From positions 1 through 46,341 of the IMG/VR virus record IMGVR_UViG_3300016665_000445: a stretch of 46,341 bases of DNA; one strand, given 5' to 3'. A program made the position numbers and the translations under genes. This DNA is from a virus (Duplodnaviria; Caudoviricetes). Every line of letters begins with the position of its first letter. Within the stretch, counting starts at the first letter, position 1. The notes below the pieces were generated by a model. The model worked only from the letters and a program-made list of their open reading frames with translations, was not told the origin of the DNA and searched no databases. Positions 37,020 through 45,313 of this stretch are shown in pieces.

Positions 37020-37190
37020 TTATTCAGTTTGCTGTAAACTTTTTTTTCTTTCTTCTAGGGAAGAAATGATAGATTCTTTTTCTTTATTAGAATATTTTGA
37101 CCAATTAGAAATTTCTTCAATTGTTCTGAAGCATCCGTCACAATAAATGTCTTTAGTAACTTTACAAATTTTAACACAAGGTGATTTCAT
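37020..37190 (-). CDS. DUF1289-like small Cys-rich protein (56 aa, not in ORF track)
   Basis: MKSPCVKIC...CDGCFRTIEEISNW; AAGGA SD. Confidence 0.8.
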   Translation of the reverse strand: MKSPCVKICKVTKDIYCDGCFRTIEEISNWSKYSNKEKESIISSLEERKKSLQQTE

Positions 37191-37207
37191 AGTATATCCT
37201 TTAAAAT

Positions 37208-37296
37208 TGGCGGCCCGTTAGCCTTCTCGGATTGGAACCCAATACTTCGACCCCTAACGCAGAACCTGTTTAGGACTTGTTATACCGCCACGGGCC
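37208..37296 (-). ncRNA. tRNA-like small RNA with acceptor stem and CCA end
   Basis: GGCCCGT/ACGGGCC-G-CCA; internal stems CCTAA/TTAGG and ATTGG/CCAAT; no canonical cloverleaf. Confidence 0.65.
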
Positions 37297-37313
37297 AACA
37301 GACGGTATTCTTG

Positions 37314-37541
37314 TTAGTTATAAAGTCTATTTAAACACTCTTCTGATGTTACGTCAATATCTTTCATGTCAGTTTTTGCAAGATATATTGGATTTAATCC
37401 TGCTTTTTTAAATTCATTACCCATATCTAATACTTTCTTGAACGTATTTTCTTCTTCAGGACCAAATTGTGACGCACAATCAATAATAACAGATTCAGGT
37501 ATTATTTTAATATTTTTTATTTTTATTACTGGTATTTTCAT
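37314..37541 (-). CDS. Hypothetical protein
   Basis: 75-aa ORF; ATAAATA motifs at about 37569-37580. Confidence 0.55.
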   Translation of the reverse strand: MKIPVIKIKNIKIIPESVIIDCASQFGPEEENTFKKVLDMGNEFKKAGLNPIYLAKTDMKDIDVTSEECLNRLYN

Positions 37542-37571
37542 TATAATACCTATTAATTATTAACATATTAT

Positions 37572-37736
37572 TTATTTATCATTTAATGAAATCTCACATA
37601 CATTACAAAAAAGAACAATTAATAATAAAACCATAAATGTAGATCTAAGTTCAATGTATTCTGTTGTGGGATATAAAGATAATATAAATGTATTAAAACA
37701 GAATAAAAGTTCTAGGAATGCAGTAAAGAAGATCAT
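37572..37736 (-). CDS. Possible 54-aa hydrophobic protein
   Basis: MIFFTAFLELLFCF...; ATGA overlap with the SpoU stop. Confidence 0.45.
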   Translation of the reverse strand: MIFFTAFLELLFCFNTFILSLYPTTEYIELRSTFMVLLLIVLFCNVCEISLNDK

Positions 37737-38326
37737 ACGATTTGTTGCTCCACTGGTTTTAGATCCATAGAAACTTTATGCATAATAATAGATGCAGCAG
37801 CAGAAACATTTAAAGAACGTAAAACTCCAAGTTGGGGAATTGAAAATACTTCTGCTTTAGCTTCTTTAATTCCAACTTCTAATAATTTTTTTGGTACTCC
37901 ATTACTTTCTGATCCAAATAGAAAGCATCTATCAAGATGTCCTTTACCAAAATGTAAAGAGTTAATATCTTTACCACCTTGTTCAACAAATGCTAAATTA
38001 TATTTAAGAAGAATATCATTTAAAACAAGATGAGGATATTCTTCTGGATCTTCGGTAATAAATTTTAGATCTATATAATTATGTGCACCTACAGTAGAAC
38101 GTTTATCATACCTTTTACGACCAATAATATAAAATGTTTCTGCACCAAATATTACAGCAGATCTAATCATCATACCTAAATTTAAAGAACCTGAAAGATT
38201 GATTGCTGCAATAGAAAAAGGAAGTGTAGATAATCTTTGAATTTCTTTCACTTCCTCTAGTTTCATAGGTTTTAAAGAATCTCGTATATTAAAGGACGAG
38301 CAATCTTCAATCATTTTAATTTCCAT
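37733..38326 (-). CDS. SpoU/TrmH-family SPOUT RNA methyltransferase
   Basis: NLGMMIRSA..FG, FLFGSESNGV, IPQLGVLRSLNVSAAASI. Confidence 0.9.
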   Translation of the reverse strand: MEIKMIEDCSSFNIRDSLKPMKLEEVKEIQRLSTLPFSIAAINLSGSLNLGMMIRSAVIFGAETFYIIGRKRYDKRSTVGAHNYIDLKFITEDPEEYPHLVLNDILLKYNLAFVEQGGKDINSLHFGKGHLDRCFLFGSESNGVPKKLLEVGIKEAKAEVFSIPQLGVLRSLNVSAAASIIMHKVSMDLKPVEQQIV

Positions 38327-38330
38327 TATA

Positions 38331-38885
38331 TTAGATGTTAGAACTTTTTTTAGGTGTTTTTAGATTCTCTTTAAGAGATGCATTCATACACTGTTTAGTA
38401 TATTGAATTGCATCTGATGATCCCCTTAGACCAATATCTACATTAGGCACTGTTCCTGGCATTACGAAAGACATCTTATCAGCGTCTGCAAAAATGTCAA
38501 CGAAAGATTCGTGTTTAATCCCTCTAATCATAATACTATTTTTAGAATGAAGATTGAAAATTCCATCTAATGCAACAGATGATCTACCAGAATAAAAAAT
38601 AATTTTCATATTATGATTAGTATTATATGGACCTTCAATATTCCATTTCATATATTCAAGATTAATGTATAATTCACCATCAGATAAATCTTGAATAACA
38701 GATAATCTAGATCCATCAGTCCACGTAGTTTGCATAATACATGCTGGATTTAGTTTATCATTTCCTCCATGACCCATTACAGACCATTGCCCTGAACCAT
38801 TTCGATAGAATATATTTTCAGCTGCATTAAGAGGTAGAATGTACATCATTGTGATGGCCATGAATGTAGCGAATAGTTTTTTCAT
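38331..38885 (-). CDS. Secreted/periplasmic hypothetical protein
   Basis: Signal peptide; G.WSV..., one Cys pair. Confidence 0.65.
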   Translation of the reverse strand: MKKLFATFMAITMMYILPLNAAENIFYRNGSGQWSVMGHGGNDKLNPACIMQTTWTDGSRLSVIQDLSDGELYINLEYMKWNIEGPYNTNHNMKIIFYSGRSSVALDGIFNLHSKNSIMIRGIKHESFVDIFADADKMSFVMPGTVPNVDIGLRGSSDAIQYTKQCMNASLKENLKTPKKSSNI

Positions 38886-38888
38886 AAT

Positions 38889-39176
38889 TTATTCCTTTAC
38901 GATTGGATCTACTTTATCTAAAACTTTAGCAGCAATAACTTGTAATTCACTAATATTACCACTTAGATTATTGAAGATATCTACTAATGCTTCTTTAGTT
39001 AAATCATATTTGTCTTGCACTGACAAATGAGTATGAGAAACATCTTTAACAGCTTGTATAATAGATTGTTTAATGCCAAATGCTGCTAATGCACTTACTG
39101 TTTGTTGATCTGCTGAAAAAGTAATATTACAAGATCCATCATCTAAATCTTCGATTTTATCAATTTTAATTTCCAT
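38889..39176 (-). CDS. Hypothetical protein
   Basis: AAGGAG SD; EDLDDGSC. Confidence 0.6.
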   Translation of the reverse strand: MEIKIDKIEDLDDGSCNITFSADQQTVSALAAFGIKQSIIQAVKDVSHTHLSVQDKYDLTKEALVDIFNNLSGNISELQVIAAKVLDKVDPIVKE

Positions 39177-39187
39177 AGTTATTCTCC

Positions 39188-39865
39188 TTATTCACAATCT
39201 TTTGGAATCCAATATTTTTCAGGATCATATTCATAATTAAAATCATTTAAACAGTATGGAATATTTGCATTAATTACATATTCGTTATACTTAATTTTTT
39301 CCATAGTAGAATTAGTTTTTAATATACTATACATATTTTTAGCAGGTTCTAATTTTAATTCATTAACACAAATATCCAAAGTTTTTTTGATTGTTAAAGT
39401 ACTATCAATTATATCATCCACAAAAATAACTGGACTGTTCATGATTTTACCATCTATCAAATTAAATATACCATTGTTACTTCTTTGTTTTCTAATGGTA
39501 AACCCATTGATAGACATCTTACCACGAGCAGCGTATTGTTGCAAGCCAATAATCAATGGAATAGAGGATGTTTCCATACCCACAAATTGAAATGAAGAAT
39601 ATTCCTCTTTATTTTCTATTTTTTTAATGATATCATCAAAAAATAATGCAGATATACAATATAACATCTTAGAATCATACATTAAGTTTTTTAAATAAAA
39701 TTTATAAGACAATCCTTTGTTCTTATGAAGAATACCTTTATCTTCATAAGCAGAATATCTTTCATTTGGATTACATCTGAAAATACAATTTTTATCAATA
39801 TATTCATGAACAAGGTTCAATAAATATTTACGATCATCATCAGTTAATATCATATTATTCTCCAC
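39188..39865 (-). CDS. Type I phosphoribosyltransferase-like (PyrE-like) protein
   Basis: VGMETSSIPL, IRKQR...G..NLIDG, PRPP loop VIFVDDIIDS (degenerate). Confidence 0.65.
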   Translation of the reverse strand: MENNMILTDDDRKYLLNLVHEYIDKNCIFRCNPNERYSAYEDKGILHKNKGLSYKFYLKNLMYDSKMLYCISALFFDDIIKKIENKEEYSSFQFVGMETSSIPLIIGLQQYAARGKMSINGFTIRKQRSNNGIFNLIDGKIMNSPVIFVDDIIDSTLTIKKTLDICVNELKLEPAKNMYSILKTNSTMEKIKYNEYVINANIPYCLNDFNYEYDPEKYWIPKDCE

Positions 39866-40307
39866 TTATAATTTTATATATATCTTGTAGATTAGGATAT
39901 ATATTTAAAGGAGAATTTTGTTCTAAGAGATTAGCTATTTCCATTAATCTAAGATTATATAAAATTTCTTCATCTACTTCAATTTTATCAAAAGTTTGAT
40001 AATTGAATAATTCTCCAGTATCTAATCCTGAAGGTCTATTTATTATAGAGAACAAATAAATTAAATTTTCAGTTTTCTCTCCTACTAATTTTTTAATATT
40101 ATCTCTATCTTGAGTTATGCCATTTTTGAAAATATTAGTTCCATATATAGAGTGTAAACCACCAGCTAAACATACATCATGATTGATATTAAATTTCTTT
40201 AATATTTTATATGTATTTAAAAGATGAACGCCCAAAGTTCTTCCTGTATGTTCTGGAATAAATGCTCCATACTCTGATAAAACAGACAATAAAAATTGTG
40301 TATTCAT
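39855..40307 (-). CDS. HD-like (DUF6817-type) protein
   Basis: HTGRTL..HL..TY, AGGLHSIYGT, VGE..E.L..LF, ANLLEQ. Confidence 0.7.
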   Translation of the reverse strand: MNTQFLLSVLSEYGAFIPEHTGRTLGVHLLNTYKILKKFNINHDVCLAGGLHSIYGTNIFKNGITQDRDNIKKLVGEKTENLIYLFSIINRPSGLDTGELFNYQTFDKIEVDEEILYNLRLMEIANLLEQNSPLNIYPNLQDIYKIISGE

Positions 40308-40837
40308 GGCATAGCCTTATAAACTAATATTTTTCTAGCTTGAGGACATAGATGGGATACTGATCTAGCAGCATGCCAAATATTACCTGGAAAAATAACT
40401 AATCTACCATATTTTGGTAACACTGCTTTTATAATTTCATTATTATACATAAAGACAGTTTCGCCTGCATAATCAGGATTCCAATCTTTATTTAAATAAA
40501 TTAAATATGTTAAATTTTCAGGTACAGGAGAATCTAAATGAAAAGATCCTTCTGTACCATATGTATATGCATTTGAATATACTCTAATAAGTCTTAAATT
40601 TTTTTTGTTTATCCTTGACCAAATATTCCATAAAAGTTCAGGAATTTCATTTTGTTTTAATTCATCAAATTCATGTTTTTTATCTTTGTCACCAAAATTA
40701 CAATTCCAATGTCTATATTCTTTATCTTCATGTGATTTCCAACCAAATGTATATCCTTTATCATCAATTAATTTATTAATTTGTTCTAATTCATTTGGTG
40801 TAATCATTCCATCATAAACATTAATATTATTTGTCAT
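40304..40837 (-). CDS. 2OG-Fe(II) oxygenase (prolyl-hydroxylase-like)
   Basis: HLD, YLNKDW...AGET, PKYGRLVIF, WH, R; start probably MTNN. Confidence 0.88.
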   Translation of the reverse strand: MTNNINVYDGMITPNELEQINKLIDDKGYTFGWKSHEDKEYRHWNCNFGDKDKKHEFDELKQNEIPELLWNIWSRINKKNLRLIRVYSNAYTYGTEGSFHLDSPVPENLTYLIYLNKDWNPDYAGETVFMYNNEIIKAVLPKYGRLVIFPGNIWHAARSVSHLCPQARKILVYKAMP

Positions 40838-41057
40838 AACTAATTTCATTCCTAACTTTATTATATTTTCTGGAAGCATATAAAAGTTCAGAATTTAATA
40901 ATTCTGGCCAAAAATCTCGTGAATATGCATATCTAGTAGGATAACAAAATTTTTCTATTTCTTCAATCATAGTTGTTATAGATATAGTCGGATTATCCTT
41001 GATATAATCATTAATATATGTTGTCAATTCATCAATTTCTTTATTTTCCATATACAT
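40827..41057 (-). CDS. Hypothetical protein
   Basis: 76-aa ORF in operon context. Confidence 0.5.
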   Translation of the reverse strand: MYMENKEIDELTTYINDYIKDNPTISITTMIEEIEKFCYPTRYAYSRDFWPELLNSELLYASRKYNKVRNEISYDK

Positions 41058-41160
41058 ATAATCCCATAATAAAAATTAAAAATATAAATTCAGGAATATA
41101 ATTAAAATAATTATATTTTTCATATACTTTATATTTTAATATTTCCCATATATCAATCAT
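41041..41160 (-). CDS. Possible 39-aa membrane peptide
   Basis: MIDIWEILKYK...IPEFIFLIFIMGLYVYGK; AGGT SD. Confidence 0.4.
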   Translation of the reverse strand: MIDIWEILKYKVYEKYNYFNYIPEFIFLIFIMGLYVYGK

Positions 41161-41242
41161 ATTATTACCTATTATCTATATTCAATAAAGCTATCAAATA
41201 TATAATTACTGTTATAATTATAATTATATAATATTGATGCAA

Positions 41243-41383
41243 TCACTTTGCTTCTGTCAATAGTTGTTTAGTATCTTTTTCTTCTGATTCAATTTTGACA
41301 CATTTACATTTTTCTTTTTGTGGAGCATTTACAGAACCACATCTTGGACATTCCCATCCAATAAATTCTTTTTTATCTGACAT
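41243..41383 (-). CDS. Small zinc-finger protein (46 aa, not in ORF track)
   Basis: GWECPRCGSVNAP....CKC; AGGAG SD. Confidence 0.65.
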   Translation of the reverse strand: MSDKKEFIGWECPRCGSVNAPQKEKCKCVKIESEEKDTKQLLTEAK

Positions 41384-41401
41384 TTTATCTCCTATTTGTT
41401 A

Positions 41402-41475
41402 TGGCAAGGGTGGTAGGAATCGAACCCACAACTTCTGATTTGGAGGCAGACGTGATACCATTTCACCACACCGAT
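41402..41475 (-). tRNA. trnW: tRNA-Trp(CCA), with stem mismatches
   Basis: D-arm GTGA-AATGGTA-TCAC, anticodon loop CTCCAAA, T-arm GTGGG-TTCGATT-CCTAC, G73-CCA. Confidence 0.8.
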
Positions 41476-41484
41476 ATTTTCTAT

Positions 41485-42183
41485 TTATTCATTTTTCTCA
41501 CCAATTAATTGAAGTAGATTAATGAAAATATTAATGAAGTTCATATAAAGATTTAGAGCACCAAGAACACCAATCTTTGCTCTTTCTTCTTCATCTGTAA
41601 TATTATAGCTATCCTTAATTTGTTGTGTTTCATATGCAGTTAAACCAGTAAATACTAATACTGATACACATGATACAATGAATGCTAACATAGAACTTTG
41701 TAGGAATAGATTGACTAGACCAGCAATGATAACACCAATAAGACCCATCATCAAGAACGAACCAAATCCTGATAAATCACGATTAGTTGTATATCCATAT
41801 AGTGTCATAGTACCAAACATAGCTGCTGTAATGAAGAATGCTTGAAATACACTACCGAGTTTAAATACTATAAAGAAGATAGATATACTTACTCCCATAA
41901 CACCTGCAAATAGATATAGGAATAGTCTTAGTGATGAGCTAGATAGTTTATCTACAAAAAATAATAATCCAATAGATAAAACTAATGGAGATAGTAAAGC
42001 AATCCATTTTAGATGTGTTTTCCAGATTAATGATGCAGCTTCTGGTGAGGCTGCAATACCGAAAGCTACTAATCCAGAAATTAGAAGAGCAAAACACATA
42101 TTATTATATACACTGATCATGAAGTTTTTTAAACCTTGATCAATATATTGCTCTCTTGAAGTTGTAGTAGAAACATTATACAT
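41485..42183 (-). CDS. Bax inhibitor-1/YccA-family membrane protein
   Basis: About 7 TM; YGYTT.RDLS..GSFL.MGLIG, GLTAYETQ.IK, GAL.LY.NFINIF. Confidence 0.9.
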   Translation of the reverse strand: MYNVSTTTSREQYIDQGLKNFMISVYNNMCFALLISGLVAFGIAASPEAASLIWKTHLKWIALLSPLVLSIGLLFFVDKLSSSSLRLFLYLFAGVMGVSISIFFIVFKLGSVFQAFFITAAMFGTMTLYGYTTNRDLSGFGSFLMMGLIGVIIAGLVNLFLQSSMLAFIVSCVSVLVFTGLTAYETQQIKDSYNITDEEERAKIGVLGALNLYMNFINIFINLLQLIGEKNE

Positions 42184-42212
42184 TTTTGATCTCCTTTAAA
42201 ATTCTATTTGAG

Positions 42213-42554
42213 TTATACAGTTTCCCACCGTTCTACTTCAATCATTTTTTTCTTTTTTTCAACTCTATGTAAAGTATCAGGAGTTGAATCAAATCCATAA
42301 TCATCAGACCATATAACGATTTCTGATATCCAAAAACCATGGAGTTCTGGATTATTAGGAAAAAATTCGTTATTAATTTCATAAATTAATTGTGTATAAA
42401 AAGTAGATCCTCTCCTATGGTCTTTTTCTGCCATCTCATAATAATCATCTACAATTGAATTCCAAAGATCAGGATAATCTTTTTTTGTAATTGTTTTAAT
42501 CATTTTTTTCACCTTTTGTCCTTGTGATTCCCCAACGGTCAATTTTATAACCAA
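42213..42554 (-). CDS. Hypothetical protein (start may lie further downstream)
   Basis: ORF in the small-gene region. Confidence 0.5.
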   Translation of the reverse strand: MVIKLTVGESQGQKVKKMIKTITKKDYPDLWNSIVDDYYEMAEKDHRRGSTFYTQLIYEINNEFFPNNPELHGFWISEIVIWSDDYGFDSTPDTLHRVEKKKKMIEVERWETV

Positions 42555-42792
42555 GGGATTCCATATGTTTTCTCATTTCATAAATTTCATCAGATGGTGA
42601 TTCTCTATCATAAGGATCAACTTGCCAATGGTCCCAAGCATAGATCATATCTTTGATTAGATCCCTTAGTGTTTCAATTTCTTTAACTGCTTCCATTGCT
42701 TCATCAACAGTGACAAAAGCAATATAATCTTCTGATTTTCTGGTACCCATACCAGCGATATATTTAGATAATTTGTCTACAATATCGGTCAT
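42496..42792 (-). CDS. Hypothetical protein
   Basis: DIVDKL...EAVKEIETLR pattern common in phage small genes. Confidence 0.55.
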   Translation of the reverse strand: MTDIVDKLSKYIAGMGTRKSEDYIAFVTVDEAMEAVKEIETLRDLIKDMIYAWDHWQVDPYDRESPSDEIYEMRKHMESLGYKIDRWGITRTKGEKND

Positions 42793-43013
42793 TTTGTATT
42801 AATCCACCAATTATAAAGTTGAGAAGAACATTTAGGACAAATATCTTTATGCTTATTTGCGTATTCATCACCATTTCGTGGAGTAATATTATTTGAACTA
42901 TTATATGTATGATGTTGGATTATTGCCCATTCATATTTCATGTGTGGTTGAGTGATGTCTTCTTTCTTTCCACACCGATCACATTCCATGGTTAGTGTAT
43001 GATAACTGGTCAT
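42789..43013 (-). CDS. Small zinc-binding protein
   Basis: CDRCG...DICPKC. Confidence 0.6.
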   Translation of the reverse strand: MTSYHTLTMECDRCGKKEDITQPHMKYEWAIIQHHTYNSSNNITPRNGDEYANKHKDICPKCSSQLYNWWINTK

Positions 43014-43014
43014 A

Positions 43015-43365
43015 TCAAAAGTCCACTATTTTTAGTGTTGCACCTTTGGGAATAGGAATTCTTCCTACTTCTACATCTATCGCATCTTGGCCAGTATATA
43101 TGGCATAGAGGTTGTTGTCAACCCAAACTTCTGTTACAGGTTCAGGAAGTTTGGCTGGTTTGATAGGAATTGAGTATTTTTGAAATGTTTCAGATTGGGA
43201 TGAAAGAAGTTTGGAAAGATATATATTAGTCTTCGTCAGTTGTTCGATTATGTCTTGTTTACGTTTTAGACAATCAGAACATAAAACTTTTTTGTCTTCA
43301 TCACCAGTATAATATACTATCTTACAATCACATTCTATACAGTGTAGATAGTCAGCGTATGCCAT
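43015..43365 (-). CDS. Hypothetical zinc-finger protein
   Basis: CIEC...CSDC. Confidence 0.55.
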   Translation of the reverse strand: MAYADYLHCIECDCKIVYYTGDEDKKVLCSDCLKRKQDIIEQLTKTNIYLSKLLSSQSETFQKYSIPIKPAKLPEPVTEVWVDNNLYAIYTGQDAIDVEVGRIPIPKGATLKIVDF

Positions 43366-43368
43366 ATT

Positions 43369-43512
43369 TTATTTTCCATCTTTTGGGACCGTAAATTTTA
43401 TTTCTAAGTAAGTTTTAGGAATATAGATATCTACAATTAGTTTACCTTGATCTATAGTCTCTTGTGTATTATTGGTTTCATCACACACAATCACAAAATT
43501 AGTGTTTGACAT
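43369..43512 (-). CDS. 47-aa protein resembling the tail-sheath C-terminal motif (not in ORF track)
   Basis: MSNTNFVIVCDETNNTQETIDQGKLIVDIYIPKTYLEIKFTVPKDGK. Confidence 0.6.
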   Translation of the reverse strand: MSNTNFVIVCDETNNTQETIDQGKLIVDIYIPKTYLEIKFTVPKDGK

Positions 43513-43517
43513 ATTTT

Positions 43518-43703
43518 TCATCTTACTTGAATGATTTTATATCCAGCAGATTCTAATTTTTGAATTACTTGTCTTGTTTCATCGGATAAATATGAAGTAT
43601 GCTTCAGCCTCATCACATTACCATTCATAGTGGTAATAAGAATTTTTCTCAATACTTCAAATTCAGGTTTATTTTTAAGTTCTTCAATTTGTTCTTTGTT
43701 CAT
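43518..43703 (-). CDS. Hypothetical protein
   Basis: 61-aa ORF with AAGG SD. Confidence 0.5.
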   Translation of the reverse strand: MNKEQIEELKNKPEFEVLRKILITTMNGNVMRLKHTSYLSDETRQVIQKLESAGYKIIQVR

Positions 43704-43847
43704 TAGTTTGCCTTATTTTTTTTGAGTATGATCTATATATTTCTGCCCATTCTAATTTTCCTACATCATAATATTTTTGTGCCCATTTCATGGCACATTT
43801 AGAACAAATTAAAGGCCCTCCACAGTTTTCTCCAGATTTTAACATAT

Positions 43848-44003
43848 CTATTTAATAACCTCCGCATAAACGATAGGAATAATCTTGGCATATTTCCATT
43901 TGTAACCATTATATGGTTCCATGAAAAGAATTATTGCTCTAGTAGAATCATAACCAAGTTCAAAGTTATCATCATGTTCATAACATAACCAAGCCAGTTT
44001 CAT
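43848..44003 (-). CDS. Small hypothetical protein (51 aa, not in ORF track)
   Basis: MKLAWLCYEHDD...KIIPIVYAEVIK; TGATG coupling to the upstream gene. Confidence 0.55.
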   Translation of the reverse strand: MKLAWLCYEHDDNFELGYDSTRAIILFMEPYNGYKWKYAKIIPIVYAEVIK

Positions 44004-44464
44004 CACACTTTATCCTTCACATATCTACCACGTTGACCAATTTCTGCCATAGAATGGTTAGCAATATCCTTTCTGATTTTTTCAACATCAAACTTTTTCA
44101 GATCAAGTTTATAAGCAAATTGTCCACCAAAGTATACACAATAATGATAATTGTAATCACAACCAATAACAATTGTATATGCAGTTGTCATTGCTTGACC
44201 ACCAACACCACCAAATCCTAGAGCAGTTGATCCCCACAATTGAGGAAACATTGCTTCTACATGCAATTCATAGTAAAATGGTCTGCGTGTATATTCTTCA
44301 TATGCAGTCTTGCACCACTCTTGATATTCGTCATAGTTTGAACGATTACCAGCAAATGGTTTACTGTTTGGTTTACGTTTTTTATCCGTTACTTCTGGCA
44401 TATCCACATATTGTGCTGATGCTAATGCCAAACGAAGACTTTCAAGAGGAGTATCTGTGCTCAT
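44003..44464 (-). CDS. Conserved hypothetical phage protein
   Basis: FPQLWGSTALGFGGVGGQAMTTAYT, VYFGGQFAY. Confidence 0.65.
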   Translation of the reverse strand: MSTDTPLESLRLALASAQYVDMPEVTDKKRKPNSKPFAGNRSNYDEYQEWCKTAYEEYTRRPFYYELHVEAMFPQLWGSTALGFGGVGGQAMTTAYTIVIGCDYNYHYCVYFGGQFAYKLDLKKFDVEKIRKDIANHSMAEIGQRGRYVKDKV

Positions 44465-44467
44465 TAT

Positions 44468-44626
44468 TTAATTATCCCATGCTGCGTTATAGTAACCTTC
44501 TTTCCATGCTTCCCACTGATGGTCTTCATCTACACCATTATATGGATTATCTTCTGTCTTTTTACCATTATAGAAAGCATTTTTACCTTCTTCATAGGCA
44601 AGATCAACTTTTTCTTGTAGTGTCAT
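44468..44626 (-). CDS. Rmf-like small protein
   Basis: AYEEGKNAF..G....NPY......WEAWKEGY; start MTLQ. Confidence 0.55.
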   Translation of the reverse strand: MTLQEKVDLAYEEGKNAFYNGKKTEDNPYNGVDEDHQWEAWKEGYYNAAWDN

Positions 44627-44822
44627 AGTAGCTGTTCCATATATCAATATCATTGGTGCGATTCAGTTTATGATCATCACTCCATTTACCAATATCAGCA
44701 GTATTTACATAACATACTTTACCGATAAAGTTTAGATTGTCCATCATAAACTTATATTCATTTGGTCCATAATCTTCAAAGTCAAGAATATGAACCTCAA
44801 ACTTGTGTATTTTCATGATCAC
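44604..44822 (-). CDS. Hypothetical protein
   Basis: DIGKWSDDHKLN motif. Confidence 0.55.
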   Translation of the reverse strand: MIMKIHKFEVHILDFEDYGPNEYKFMMDNLNFIGKVCYVNTADIGKWSDDHKLNRTNDIDIWNSYYDTTRKS

Positions 44823-45313
44823 TTTTTTCCTAGTTGAATCACATTATTCTCGACAGTCTTTACTACCATATCAGGTTTCTTTTGATTATCAAGAGCATTC
44901 TGGTACTTAACATCATTTGATTCTACCCACCACTTTTTTTCTTCCGACCATTCACAATCATATTTTTTTGCCATGTATAATTGTAGATACTTAGATGGGT
45001 GATGAATATAGTGATACATTTCTTTTTCACATAATTTCCACATACGAGCATTAATCATCCAACGGTGGTTTTTAAAGCGTTCCACATCTTTTGTATCGTA
45101 GGAAAATATACGTTTTGACTCATCTTCTTTACTCACAAAGAAGTGTATGTGGCATTGTTCTGTGACTTTTTCTTTGGTGTCAACATAGTAACTAATAGTG
45201 GAATATCCGAGATAGTGATTCTTATCCAGACGTACACCCATAAATCTTTCAGCAGTTTTTTCTTCTTGTCTGTTTTTCCACCAAGACCAGATTCGATTGA
45301 ACATTTTGATCAT
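44819..45313 (-). CDS. Hypothetical protein
   Basis: 164-aa ORF with ATGA overlaps. Confidence 0.55.
   Translation of the reverse strand: MIKMFNRIWSWWKNRQEEKTAERFMGVRLDKNHYLGYSTISYYVDTKEKVTEQCHIHFFVSKEDESKRIFSYDTKDVERFKNHRWMINARMWKLCEKEMYHYIHHPSKYLQLYMAKKYDCEWSEEKKWWVESNDVKYQNALDNQKKPDMVVKTVENNVIQLGKK

Noticed and set aside
41232-41260. TTGACA as a sigma70 promoter
   Set aside because: No acceptable -10 hexamer at 16-18 nt spacing, and it lies within a small ORF.
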